From Camelus ferus (lineage: Eukaryota), in contig NC_045696.1 in NCBI RefSeq assembly GCF_009834535.1, positions 97,094,001 to 97,158,000 of the forward strand: a stretch of 64,000 bases of DNA, given 5' to 3'. The notes under the pieces were generated by a model. That model was given only the letters and a program-made list of their open reading frames with translations. It made no database searches and had not been told where the DNA came from. This document shows positions 1 through 11,777 of this stretch, piece by piece. How positions within the stretch are numbered: position 1 is the first letter of the stretch; every line of letters starts with the position of its first letter. A program made the translations under genes and the position numbers.

Positions 1-342
1 TCCAGAGGATCCCAGGAGAGATCAGCAAGGGCAGGTAGCCAATTAAGGGTGTGTTACCCAGTAGGCACCCTCTGGGGAATATGGGGGTTTTATGGCACTG
101 GGAAATACTCTGGAACATTCTTCAGAGTTCCCCACTGCCTGAGGGATGAGGAAGTTGGTGTTCATCCACCCACACATCAGCTGTCATTGCTTGAGGGCTG
201 TGTTGGCAGGAGGAAGGGGGTTAACTCCCTGGCAGCTCAAAACAGCCCTCAGCAGAGAAAAATGAGGTGTTCATGAAAGTAGCCATTGGTATTTACAGCT
301 AGTGCTGGGGAGATAAGGGCTGGGCACATCAGCCTCTGCTAC
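1..342 (-). mobile_element. ERVL-class solo LTR (LTR16-like), cut by window start
   Basis: Minus strand starts TGTAGCAGAGGCTGATGTGCCCAGCCC, resembling the LTR16-family 5' end (TGTAGCAGATGCTGTCGGTGCCC). Confidence 0.55.
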
Positions 343-676
343 AACCTTGTGTCATAGAGCCGAGTGAAGGGTCATCCACCATGGCAGCAGCAATGCCCTC
401 CAAAATCCAGAATAGACTCAGTCCAGATGGGGAGGTCTTGGATACTTGGAGAAAGAGAGACAGGGTAGAGGTGGAGTGATCTTGGTCCTGGAGCAAGTTG
501 TCACTGGGTGACAACAATGGTCAGGAGCACAGTTCCAGCTGAAGACTGGACACTGCTCTGCCCTGTGGGGTGTCACCAGGCCAGGTCCCATGAGACTCTC
601 CCCTGGGGCACTGGGAGGAGTGGTCCACGGATGGGTTAATCTGATAAATGTGCAGCTGCCAATTAACACCATGCCC

Positions 677-754
677 TCAGGTAACAACACATTTTCCCAG
701 TGAAAAACATCCCCCTGAAACAGTGACTTTCTGGGTAACAATTTCAGGCACAGG
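677..754 (-). other. Candidate terminal exon (coding part) of a putative spliced minus-strand transcript
   Basis: Branch-like cttaac plus atccctttcctacag| acceptor; phase-0 frame reads PVPEIVTQKVTVSGGCFSLGKCVVT*. Confidence 0.25.
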
Positions 755-814
755 CTGTAGGAAAGGGATGTTAAGATACACAGGTTTTTTGTATGGCCCC
801 TTATATTGTATTGA

Positions 815-1045
815 AAATACTAACAGCATCTGCTCACACTTGTGTGGGGTTCTCAGAGCACTTTCACAGATTCTTGCAATCAACCCTCATAATGACCCAG
901 TGAAGACGAATGAGGGGGATGTTTGTCCTCATTTTAGAGATGAGCGCTCTGAGACTCAGTGGGGTTAAGTGACTGGCTGGAAGGTCCCAGCGCTGGGTGG
1001 TGGTGGAGAGTTCCAGCCTCGCATCTTCTCATTCTGCGTCATTCA
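815..1045 (-). mobile_element. MIR SINE
   Basis: Antisense MIR core: cctcattttagagatgagcgctctgagactcagtggggttaagtgact. Confidence 0.75.
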
Positions 1046-1271
1046 CTGCTTGTTCCTAGACCAGCATTTCCCGTAAGCTGTCTCTTCCATTAGCTCTAAA
1101 AGAGCACTTTGGTAGCAGCCACATATCTGGCATCCCCAGTGCTCACAAATTCTGAGTGCTTAATATCTGTATGTTAAGCAAATGAATTTTAAAGTCTCCG
1201 CAGAAGACTTGTAAAATGATATAGCAGTTTGTCAACCCCCCTTTCTTTGTCTCTCCTCCCAGCTACACCTG

Positions 1272-1295
1272 CACACCACACACACCACACACACC

Positions 1296-1327
<32 letters not shown>

Positions 1328-1328
1328 G
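1272..1328. repeat. (CA)n / CACAC microsatellite
   Basis: Imperfect CA repeat seen directly. Confidence 0.95.
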
Positions 1329-1359
1329 CCTCAACCTTGCAGGCTATTCTTCCCCCCCC

Positions 1360-1590
1360 CCAGCTTTATTGTAAGATACAGTTGACATATAAAACTAAAA
1401 TATTTCAAGTGTACATCATGATGATTTGCTATACATGTACATGATGAACGTATTCTCCTATTTAGTTTTTCCCCCCTATTTAATTAACACATCCATGACC
1501 TCACTTTGTATTGATTGATTGACTGAGAACTTTTAAGTTCTACTCTTTTAGCAGATTTCAATTAAACAGTACAATGTTTGCACTATGCTC
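1360..1590 (-). mobile_element. Old L1 (L1MA/L1MB-type) 3' end fragment
   Basis: cagctttattgtaagatacagttgacatataaaac...gagaacttttaagttctactcttttagcagatttcaa matches the antisense L1M 3' terminus. Confidence 0.75.
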
Positions 1591-1816
1591 TTCTTGGAAA
1601 GCCTCGGAGAACCTGAGAAACCTAAAAATCGAGAGGGAATCAGAGGTGACCTCACCTTTATTAGAAGACCCCAACTGCTCCCTTGGAATAGCTTTAGCAT
1701 TAGAAGGTAGAATCTTGGCTGAGTCGACAGTGTCCAGAACTGTTCAGGGTTCCCTTCAGTGGTATGCAGTGCCCTCGTATGGCCACAAGAGGGAGCCAGC
1801 GATGCGGAGAGCCCAC

Positions 1817-1911
1817 CTTAAAAGAGCCGCCTGCAGCAGAAATGATTCCCCCCAGAAGTTGAACTGAACCCGCAAAAGGAATCCCTACCGAGCTCCAAAG
1901 TGGGAGGGGGC
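1817..1911 (-). other. Candidate internal exon (95 nt)
   Basis: Long polypyrimidine tract tttttctcacgttctctctgtcctgcttcccgctccccaag| and donor AAG|gtgggc. Only the phase-1 frame is open. Confidence 0.3.
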
Positions 1912-2883
1912 CTTGGGGAGCGGGAAGCAGGACAGAGAGAACGTGAGAAAAACCAGAAGTGTAGAGTAAAACAGATGGGGAGGGAGTCAAAATTGTAACT
2001 AATCATATTTTATATAAAAAAATAAATGGGTAGGGGACTTTCATCCTGTACCTTGCACTGTTCTGATTTTTTCCCCCGGAACAAGCATACATTATTTTCA
2101 AAATTAACAGCGAATAAATAGACGTATATTTTAAACAAATGGGAACAATAAAACAAACAGCAAAAGGATGGAAAAATCTCGTAGTTGCTCTGGAACTCTG
2201 GGAAAAATCAATGTAGGTCCTGGTTTTTTGCCTTGTTACCAGGCACTGCCCCCACACCTCACATCCGCACTCACATCCATTGTCTCCTTTTACTTCACTC
2301 TTTCTCTTATGAATTTTGTATTCTAAACACACTACCTTTAGTCTGAAATAAATATGAGTAAATTAATAGCAGCTAGTGTCAATGTTTTGCAATGATTCTT
2401 AACTGAAGCTGTTTCATTTCTACTTCTTTATGAAGATGAACCCCCAAATAATTCATCCCATTAATGAACTACAAATTCAATTGTTAAAACTTCATTAGAA
2501 ACAATAGCAAAACTATTTTAGTTTCCTCTTGGAAGCCTCTATTTAGAGAATTTGTTTTGTGTATCTTGAGAGGCATACCTATAAAGAGATGAGAATGATT
2601 TTAATTAAGCGTCTTAGACCTCATGTATCTAATTGACACTTTTCCTGCGAACTGCAGGAACCGATATGATTATTACAGGCATCAGAGCATTTGTCTTAGG
2701 AAATTGCCCTCTGAGTCCATTTAGGAGACATAAACAAACGAAAAAAATCAATTTCTGTCATGCCTCTTTGGGACTCCAAATGTTATTAGCCATCTTAAAA
2801 TATGTTTTATTCATTTGAATTTAGCCGCAGGTGACTCAAAGCTTTTCTGGAAATTAATCCACCTTTAGAGGATGAGGACTCAC

Positions 2884-2898
2884 CACCTCCATTAGAGG
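2884..2898 (-). other. Candidate 15-nt microexon
   Basis: ttctgttcattcctccctccctctcctgatactctag|CCTCTAATGGAGGTG|gtgagt on the minus strand. Confidence 0.25.
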
Positions 2899-4490
2899 CT
2901 AGAGTATCAGGAGAGGGAGGGAGGAATGAACAGAAGCTGTCCTTGGCATCGGGGCCGGAGACCCCTGCTTGATGGGTGAGGAGGCTGGATGCTCCGGTTG
3001 TCTTTGGAGAAAGCCCTCTTTGCCTCCCCCTGGTACCCACACAGCTGAGAGGCGCCTAGGGCGCAGCCTCTGCTCACTCGCCACACCTCAGAAGGCGGGT
3101 CTGCATGGGGGTGGGCCCTGGGGGAGTGGGGCTTATTCTGTCCCAAATCTTCCCAATCATTTGCAGATCACAGATACACAGAACGGGCTAATGCCAGAAC
3201 TAAGAACTAGAACTGGAGGGTATCTGGGGGCCTCTATATGAGGGTGGGTGAAAAACTCATTACATTTTTCTTATATTATGTAATAGTAAGTATTGAAGTT
3301 AGATCAAACTTCTAAATAAAATCTTTTAACATTTCTAATAAGCAGCTTGAGTTTGCTTCCATCTACATAATTTTCTAAAATCAGATTTATGCTTAAAATG
3401 GCTCCTTGCAACAATTCCTCAAAACTTTTTAATAATAGCCTCTTCAGAATTTTGACAGTCACCATCGATGACTTTGTTTGCAAGAGAAAGAGATGACAAT
3501 TTTAAGACCAGTTTTACAGCCATTCAGAAGTTTACAACATTTCAACTTACAACAAAAGAGAACCCAAATGTTCTTCTTCTTTCAAGACAGAGGGAATGAT
3601 GGCATTTCCTGTAACAAGAGGACTAGATTTTGATTTCAATGAAATGTTTTCAGATCAAGTATTTTAAAATAAGGGGCTCCAATTAGCAGAGGGCACGTAC
3701 ATGCATGGTTAGAGTGCGTACCTTGCAGCAACCAGCCAGAAGTAGATACAAAGACAGAGATCAGGGAGCTGTGAAGTCCAGGAGCCCCTTGCTTCTTGGG
3801 TCCCTGGGGCTAGACTCTTCTGGCAGCTGCATAGTTCCCTCACCCAGACAGGCACTGCCACCCTCTACAGGGGTGTAGCTGCCCAGGTGGGAAGGCGCCT
3901 CCTTCACTGCCCTCAGCTCTCCCCTGCAGAGCAACCAACAAGATGGCCACGGTGATGCCCTAGGCTCTCCAACCTGGAGGCCTCAGGAAATCAGGGTCTT
4001 GGGGCTCACTAGTAATCTACTCAGAGCGCCCCACTACAAGCCACTGTGGGAAAGCTCTCTTCTCCTTTGGACCCAAGGAGTCTCTTCCACTCACATCCTG
4101 CTCAGCCAACTCCTCAGGGAGAAGAACAGAAGGGGATCTCAGGCCACAGCCCACAGGTATCAGAATGCCCTAGGCTGACTTTGCACCTGGGGTCAAGTTC
4201 TCTTGGCGCTCACCAGAGTTAGCACAGCCATGGGAAGATGTTTTAGGGTTCCTGCCCATCTTAGGGTATCTGTTACCACTGAGAGGTGATCAAAAACCTC
4301 TTTGCTGTTCATGGTGGAATATCTAAGAATTGTTCCAGATGTGGCTGGAACAATGTCATGGCTGGAATGAGTGTCCACTCACCCCAGGTGACTGCTGTTG
4401 AAGGAACAGCATTCATTTGGATATTACATTTCTCTTATTGGAATAACCTGCGTCTTCCTAGCCTTACATTTAGTCTTCTTTTATCCATAG

Positions 4491-4535
4491 GTCAAGAATT
4501 CTGCTGCATTTCGGAAGCACTAGATTAATGCTCAG
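4491..4535 (+). other. Candidate 45-nt exon (plus strand)
   Basis: tagtcttcttttatccatag|GTCAAG...GCTCAG|gtgagt; both splice sites are near consensus. Confidence 0.35.
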
Positions 4536-4609
4536 GTGAGTCAGCATATAATTAGCTTTGTGAGTGGGCTTCATTTAATTTTAGTTAGTTGTAGCTTTGT
4601 ACCTCTCAT

Positions 4610-5850
4610 TTGTTTGTAGCCTCTCACTAACAAATTTCTCTTTAAACTTAGCAGCTTAAAATAACACACATTAATTATCTCATAGTTTCTGTGGGGCAGG
4701 AATCAAGTGGGACTCAGCTGGGTGCCTCTGGCTGAAGATCCCCCATGTGGCTGCAGTCAAGCTGTCAGCTGGGGGCTGTGGTCTCATCTGAAGACTCGAC
4801 TGGGGGAGAATCAGCTTCTAAGCTCACTAACATGACTGTTGGAGGGATTTAGTTCCTTGGGGGCTGTTGGACTGAGGACCTCAGTTCCTGGCTGCCTCTT
4901 GGCTGGAGCTGCCCCTCAGTTCCTTACCCCATGAATCCTTGCATGGGGCGGCCTATACAACATGGCAGCTGGCTTCCATCAGAGTGAGCAAACGAGAGAG
5001 AGAAAATGCCTCCAAGGTAGAAGCCGCTAGATTTGAAACTGAGCAAGATTCTGTGATGCCTTCTCGGTGACAGACTTCTCTGTGTCCCCACTTACTGTTG
5101 CTTGGGAAAAGAGCTATGGACATATACTGTGACCTCCTAGGATCTCCATGGAGAACAAAAATCAGACCCTAGCAGTTTGGGGAGGTAAAGAATGCAGAAA
5201 CAAAGACAGGGCAGTCAGGCAGGAGAGCAGCCTGTTAACTTACACAATAAAGCAGTCACAAAGACTCCCAGTTCTGTTTCAAAGGTAAAGAGAAGTCTGA
5301 CACACATTCCTAAGTTGTTTTGCAAATACTAAATCCCCCACCAGGTGGAAGAAGTTAACTGCATGCTGACTACCAGCACGTAGCCCCTAGATTGGTTGGA
5401 GCCAGAAAACTGATCACTGAGATGCCCAAAACATCACCCCGTTACCTCACCATTGACCAGTCAGAGAATTGAGCACAAGCTGATCACACACCCTGAGACT
5501 CTCTCCTTCACTCTGTCTTTAAACACCGTTCCCTGAAAGCCATCAGGGAGTTCAGTCCTTTGAGCATGAGCTGCCCATTCTCCTTGCTGGCACCTGCAAT
5601 AAACATCATACTTTCCTTCACCACAACCCAGTGTCAGTAGATTGGCTTTGCTGCACATCAGGCTAATAGACCCAAGTTTGGGTCAGTAAGAGATTTGTAA
5701 CCTAACCTTGGGAGGGGTATCCCGTTGCTTCAGCCATAAACTGTTTCTTAGAAACAGGTCAATAATTCCAGTCCTCACTCAGGGGGAGGAGATTACACAA
5801 GCGTGAGTAACAGGTCAGTGCCGATCATCATAGAAGCTACCCACTGCCTT
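4610..5850 (-). mobile_element. MaLR LTR (MLT1F-like), split by an ERV1 LTR at 5034-5691
   Basis: aaacttagcagcttaaaataacacacattaattatctcatagtttctgtggggcaggaatc...acaacatggcagctggcttccatcagagtgagc; MLT1-like sequence resumes after 5695. Confidence 0.75.
5034..5691 (+). mobile_element. ERV1-class solo LTR
   Basis: TG start (tgaaactgagc), AATAAA near 5599, end gggtcagtaaga (terminal CA apparently mutated), 4-bp TSD GATT at 5030-5033 and 5692-5695. Confidence 0.8.
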
Positions 5851-5949
5851 CTGCCAAACATCAGCACTTAACTCTCTTTCTCTGAGGCTCGCTCTGAAGG
5901 ATGTGCTGGTTTCCTCATCCTCTGAGGATAGGAGCCCTGCTCGATTCTT

Positions 5950-6025
5950 CATACCCATTTACTCACTCCTTCATTCAACAAGCATGCATTGATGCTTACT
6001 ATATGCCAGATTCCATGCTGCAGTC
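5950..6025 (-). mobile_element. L2 3' end fragment
   Basis: ttcattcaacaagcatgcattgatgcttactatatgccag is the antisense L2 tail. Confidence 0.65.
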
Positions 6026-6779
6026 CTTTCAGAGGGGCCAGCTGGCGTCCTGATGACCCACATGGATGGCTCGGGTCAGAGACACTGTGCCACCTGCCTG
6101 CTGACCGGGCTCCTCCTGGTGCTGCCTCCCTCCAGGGCACCACGCTCCACCTCCAGCCAGGTCAACCTCCTCCCTTCCCAGCAGCCAGACTTGGTCTCTC
6201 CATCCTGAGCCTTCCCAGGTCAGCTCATCCTGGTGCTTTCTGAGGGGTAGGACCCCTTTGTGCCTCTCTACTCCTGGGTTAATGACCTGTATAGTAAACT
6301 GAGATAATACAGGCAAGAACCTAGAACAGAGACTGGCAACAGTAAACATTTAAGCTGTAGCCTTCCTGGTGGTATTATTCTGCATACCTGTTCAGGCAGC
6401 CACAAAATTAGTCACACTGCCCGAGTTGTACCCACAAGGGTGTGCGACTAGGAACAGCGATAAAAAGGTCATGCTCGTGTCCTCTGATTTAATCACTTTG
6501 AAGCTCTTTTCTTACAAGCACATCTGATATCATCAAGGAAACCTGAACTTTCTCACCAACACTGCTTCTTTTCTTAGAGGATACTGTGTTGCCTCCATCC
6601 TACCCCCCGCCCTGCCCTCCACCTCAGTGCAAATGCTGTTGGATGACTGACGGTGGTCCCCTCTGTCCCACTCTCACACCTCCTGGCTGGAGCCATCTTC
6701 GTCCCCTATCCTGGCAACCCAGTGGACACAGGCAGGAGGATTTGGGTTGAGATTTCATTTGCCAGCCCACGAGGGCAGC

Positions 6780-7060
6780 CTGGCTAGATCCGCCGCGTGG
6801 TAAAATTGTACACCAGCTGTTTGGAATAGATCACACAGAAGCCGGGGACTGTGTTGAAGTTGGGGTCCCCTCCTCGAGTTGTGAGTGAGTTTTAGGGCAG
6901 GTAGAGGTCCCTGGAAGGAACTGTTGAGCTCCGCCCCGCCCCCACCTCCAGGTTCTCGGAGTCCTGGCAAGCATAGCGCAGCTAAACTTAGATCCCTCCC
7001 CGCCTGTCAGCATCGCTTCTGACACCAGGCAGGTGTTGCTGGGATGTAGTGAAACTTGCT
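6780..7060. promoter_or_regulatory. GC-box / CpG-retaining promoter- or enhancer-like patch
   Basis: Tandem Sp/KLF boxes ccgccccgcccc (~6931-6942), locally raised CpG, E-boxes cagctg and caggtg. Confidence 0.35.
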
Positions 7061-7802
7061 TTCTCTCTGCATTGCTATCCCAGCCCTGGCCCTGGCTGCA
7101 GAGAAGTAGGGGCCGTGGCCCAGCTCACTTCTTGTGGTGGAATTAAGTGTTTGCATGCTCATCTTAGCCCCCCATCTGTGGCCTGATGAACAAACAGTTA
7201 AGGAACCCTGTGCTTATTGCTCACTGAACGCTAAGATTACCACGAGCTGGGGAGAAGGGGAGTATGAGATGGCCCCAGGGTGAATATAGGCGTGTCCTCA
7301 CTGAAACATAGAGGTCTGCAGCCTCATTAGCGGGTGGGCTTCCGGCAAGCCTTTCTCCCCTGATCTGGCTACAACTGCCTGCCCCTTTGTGACATTTGCC
7401 CCTCATCCTTTCATGATTTTCCTTTTTATCCTCTCCCCCTGCTGTCATTTCGCCCATAAGCTTACCTCCTCCTCCAACGTTTCAGCCTTGGATCTTGCCT
7501 CCAAGAGAGGAAATCCCTCCCACATGGCAGGTGCTCGGGTCTTCCTTCTCACACCCACACACCCCTCCTTCCTCCAGCCCCTCCCCCTCTGCTGCAGCTG
7601 TGCTGGGGATTGGGGGTCCCCCATCCTTGTGCCGGGCAGGTTGACAGAGCTTCTGTGGCTGAGAGTAACAAGTACTGAGAAACGGAATCCACAGGTTTTC
7701 CTTAATGGCGGTGGGTGGCTCGGTTTAGAGCAGGGTAGGTGGTTACGGAGTGTAGATGATGCTTCAGTCCCTTCCTCATCTCCCACTCTCTTCTGTTTCC
7801 AG

Positions 7803-7861
7803 CTCATGTCTCTTATTAAAGACATCTTGTCTCCACCTGGATCTCTGAGACTTTCTGACAG
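7803..7861 (+). other. Candidate 59-nt exon (plus strand)
   Basis: cccttcctcatctcccactctcttctgtttccag| acceptor and CAG|gtgact donor. Confidence 0.3.
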
Positions 7862-7895
7862 GTGACTGGTTGAGGATTAGCAATTATCAGTCAAG

Positions 7896-8850
7896 CAATC
7901 TCCAGAATATGTACAGAACTGCATCTCAACAACAAAAAGGCAAACAACCCAATCAAAAATGTGGAAAGGACTTGAATAGCCATTTCTTCAAAGAATACAT
8001 ACAAGTGGCCAATAGGCACGGAGAAAGATGCTCAACATCATTAGTCATTAAGGAGATACAAATCCAAACTACAAAGCGCTACCACTTCACTTCTACCAGG
8101 GTGGCTATAATTTAAAAAAAAAGAAAAGGAAAAATAAGAAGTATGGGCAAGGATGTGGAGAAAACAGAATCCTGGTACAGTGCTAGAGGGGTTACAAAAT
8201 TGTACAGATGCTGTAGAAAACGGTTTGGCAGCTTATCAAAGTCTAAATATACAATTACCATGTGGTCTAACAATGCCACTCCTAAGTGTATACCCCGAAG
8301 AATCAAAAACAGGGGATCACACAGTTCCTTGTCTACCAGTGTTCATAGTAGCATTATTCTCAAGAGCCAAAAGTTAGAAACAGTCTAAGTGTCCATCAAC
8401 AGATCAATGGGTAAATAAAATATGGTATACCCATGTAATGGAATACTATTGAACCTTAAAAAGGAATGAAGTTCTGATTGATGCTACAACATGGATGAGC
8501 CTTGAAAGCAAGCTACGTGAAACAAATCGGTCACAAAAGGACACATATTATATTTTTGTATTCGTGTTTATCATACACGTATGACTCTATGTACGTGAAA
8601 TATCTCAAATAGGCAAATTCGTAGCGACAGAAAGTAGATTAGAGGTTACCAGGAGCTGAGGGAGCTGGGGAGTCATTGCTTAACAGGTACAGTGTTTCTG
8701 CTGAGGTTGGTAAAAAACGTTTTGGAAATGGATACTGGTAATGGTTGTGCAAACTGTGAATGTGATTAATGTTGCTGAATTATACACTGAAAAATGGTTA
8801 AAATGGCACATTTGTGTTATATATATTTTACCACAATAAAAAAAAAAAAA
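7896..8850 (+). mobile_element. 5'-truncated L1 (L1MB-type): ORF2 C-terminal remnant, 3'UTR and poly(A)
   Basis: ORF 7870-8115 gives KEYIQVANRHGERCSTSLVIKEIQIQTTKRYHFT (L1 ORF2 C-terminal region); ends ttaccacaat-A(n). Confidence 0.9.
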
Positions 8851-9019
8851 TCAAATCCAAATGGAAAGAAAGAGAACTCCGAAGGGCAGGTATGAGAACA
8901 CAAGCTCTGTAGCTGAATGTTGAAATCTGTGGGCCCTTTACTAAGAGAGTGACTGTGGGCAGTGCGTGACACCTTGGACAAATCTTCCTGGAGTCCCGGT
9001 TTTCTCCCCTAGCAGGCAG

Positions 9020-9262
9020 CGGAGCGACGCACGCAAGAGCACAGACTCTGACTCCAACTGCCTGGGTCCAGTGCCCATTTTCACATCCGTGTGACCTTGG
9101 ATGAGTTCCTGAGCCCCCCTTGCTCCAGTTTTCCCACTTGTAAAATGAAGACCATACAACTTACCTCATTGGGAGTTTTGCTAGGATTGGATGAGTTAAT
9201 TGTATAAAGTTTTCAAAAATAGTGCCTGGCACGTAAGAAGTGCTTAATGAATATTAGCTGTA
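9020..9262 (+). mobile_element. MIR SINE, near full length
   Basis: aagagcacagactctgactccaactgcctgggt...tgtgaccttgg...gtaaaatg...gtgcctggcacgtaagaagtgcttaatgaatattagct. Confidence 0.85.
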
Positions 9263-9684
9263 AAATGAAGGAGGGGCTTATAATTATTTAGAGGTTGTAG
9301 GCAATGAATTTTTTAAAATTAAAAATAAAAAATGTAAAATACTAAAACAGAAAATTTTAACACATACTCCCATGATAATAGCTTTATGCCCTCTAGATTT
9401 TCAGATTTTGCAAAGTCTAGATAAGTTTATTGAAGCTTAAATTTTCCTTCTCTTTCTTTTTTGATCCTGCTGTGATGATGCCCTAAGCAATTTTTAAGCA
9501 GGCTAAGCAGCATTTCACCCTTGGCTGTGGGGAGAGTAGCCAGAAAAATATCTACCTCCAGAGGTAGTTTTGAGTGGTAAGTAAGATAAATTGTATGTGA
9601 AAATCTCCCTTTCGTGGTATGTAGTATTCCTCAGTCCTATGATACCCAATGCCTTCTTTTTATAACAGATACTTGTTTACAGTC

Positions 9685-10257
9685 TGTGGCAAGCAGAATT
9701 CTAAGATTTCTACCCTCTGAGATACATACCTTGCATAATCTCCTACCCGAGAGTAGGGGCTGGACCAGTGAATATAATGGGATATCACACCCATGATAAG
9801 GTTACCAATCAATGGATTGTGAGTTAATAAAAAAGGAGATTGTCTCCAGTGGGTTTGACCTTTAGAAGAAGGTGAAATAAGAAGATGCTCTCAAATAAAC
9901 TGGCACATTGTTAGAGGGTCTGCAGAAGGACCCACCTGGCAAGGATCTGAGGGCAGCTTCTAGATGCAAGAAGCAACCCTGGTGGATGGCCAGGGAGCCA
10001 GTCCTACAACCACAGGGAAATGAATTTTGCTGGCAACCCAAGTGAGTATAGAACAGATCTTGTCCTAGTTGACTCTCCAGGTGAGAACACAGTCAGTGAA
10101 CACTTTCCTTTATTTCAGCCTTGGGAGGTCCTGAGCTGGGGACCCAGCTGAAGCTGTGCTGGACCCCTGCCCATGGAAACTGGAGAGAATAAATTTGTGT
10201 GGCTTTAAGCCACTAAATTTTTGTTATGTTGTTACACTGCAATAGAAAACTAATACT
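9685..10257 (+). mobile_element. MaLR solo LTR (MLT1E-like)
   Basis: Starts tgtggcaagcagaattctaagat; ends ttaagccactaaattt...gcaatagaaaactaatac. Confidence 0.85.
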
Positions 10258-10269
10258 TACCCCCTTTTC

Positions 10270-10880
10270 CAACTTGAAATAAAATTCATAGATAATGTAG
10301 TCTACTTATACACATAATTTAAAGTTTCAATGTAAGGTCCTAACTATATTATTAGAAGTAAAAGACTGATAATTTCTAAGAAGAAAATTATATATATATT
10401 TGAACAAGTGAGAGCCCAGACAGAATCACACTAGAAGACATGATAGAGCCAGATGTTTGCACCTGTACATACACCACACAGAATATCGCAGGTACAAATG
10501 CAGACTGATCCAGTGATCAAACATTGCATGCAACTTTTTCCAAATTAGTAAACAATCCTGGTGAAATTCTGTACAAAACAAAGTACATCCTTCTATCCGT
10601 TTGTAGGCTAGTTACATTCCCCAAAACCTCAGTGTATATTAAAACCTTGCAACAAATGCTGTGTGATCAATTTAGGCTGAATGTACCCACAACATGAACA
10701 GATCTTTCATTCACAGGACTGTCCAGCGGGACATTCACAAGTCATCCAGGATGCAGAACAATTCTTGTTTGGAACAGGAGCCCATCCACTAAAAACGCCA
10801 GGGGTCCCCTTCCTGGCCATGGTAAGATCCAAAACTTCTTTGCAAATTTCCAAATCCACCCTGAGGGGTGGTGCTGTAGC
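10270..10880. mobile_element. hAT-Charlie DNA transposon (MER20B-like)
   Basis: ggacattcacaagtcatccaggatgcagaacaattctt...aaatttccaaatccaccctgaggggtggt resembles MER20B. Confidence 0.6.
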
Positions 10881-11049
10881 AGGCTGCAGCGCAGCATTCA
10901 AGGGCTATTATTACTTTGTGGTGCTCCCACCTCACGCTCTCTGGGATTTGTTTTGGGGTTGTCATGCTGAGAAAAAGCGATATTGTTAAACGTTTGAGAC
11001 ACTTCGGGTAGAGGCGTTTTGGCTTGTGTGGCAAAAATGACAAAATTAA

Positions 11050-11720
11050 AATTTAAAATACATCCCTCCTCAAGGGGCGATGGCCAAGAAACAAGCGTCT
11101 GCAGTGGCCGCTGGCGTCGCGCGTGGGCGGCAGACACGTGCGCGGAGGCACAGCCGCGAGCCCGCGTGGGGAAGCGCCGGGAAGCGAACGCACCGCCGGC
11201 CCACGGATTTCTGTAGCTGCCGGCGCTGTTGGCAACAGGGTCGCTCTAGCTGGCTCACAAGACGCCGGGCTTGGCTCGCAGGGGTCACCGATGCTCATTC
11301 CTGCTGCCCCTAAGGGTGAAATGGTGAAATGCAAGGTGCTTCGCAGCCAAAAAAAGCAAAAGGCACTGGGAGAGAGCGCCACCACCCAAAAGGAGGGTCT
11401 GAGAAGGTGACTGCCCCGACTCGCTGCAGGCGGGGCCCTTCCTCACCCCAAGCAGGGGCCAGAGGACCCCAAGGAGGGGGAAGCAGGGCCCTTGGCTCCA
11501 CCAAGGCGCCGCCGAGCAGCACCACTGTATCCTTCCGTTGTGAGAGAGACTCTGGAAGGAGAAATGCTCAGACACCTGCTTCGGAGCCTTCAGCCCGGCG
11601 GCCGCAGCGCAGGCGCAGAGAGTTCCCTCCCGGGAATCGCAGCTGCCTAGGGCCTCTGCGGGGAGACTGAGAATAGAAAACCCAGGGGCTCCCTTGGCGC
11701 CTCCGGGCCTCAGCTTCCTG
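11050..11720. promoter_or_regulatory. CpG island (no attached known gene recognised)
   Basis: GC-rich with dense CpG (gcgtcgcgcgtgggcggcagacacgtgcgcgg), E-box cacgtg, RFX half-site-like gttggcaac, GC box ggcgggg. Confidence 0.8.
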
Positions 11721-11777
11721 AGCTGGTTTTTAACAAGGTGTTAGAGGAAAACAGCGAAGGACACCTCACTGCTTCCG

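Noticed and set aside
7389..7865. 158-aa and 126-aa opposite-strand ORFs
   Set aside because: Pyrimidine/purine-biased low-complexity sequence with no homology recognised.
11019..11670. Many overlapping ORFs in the CpG island
   Set aside because: Expected from stop-codon depletion at high GC; no recognisable protein.
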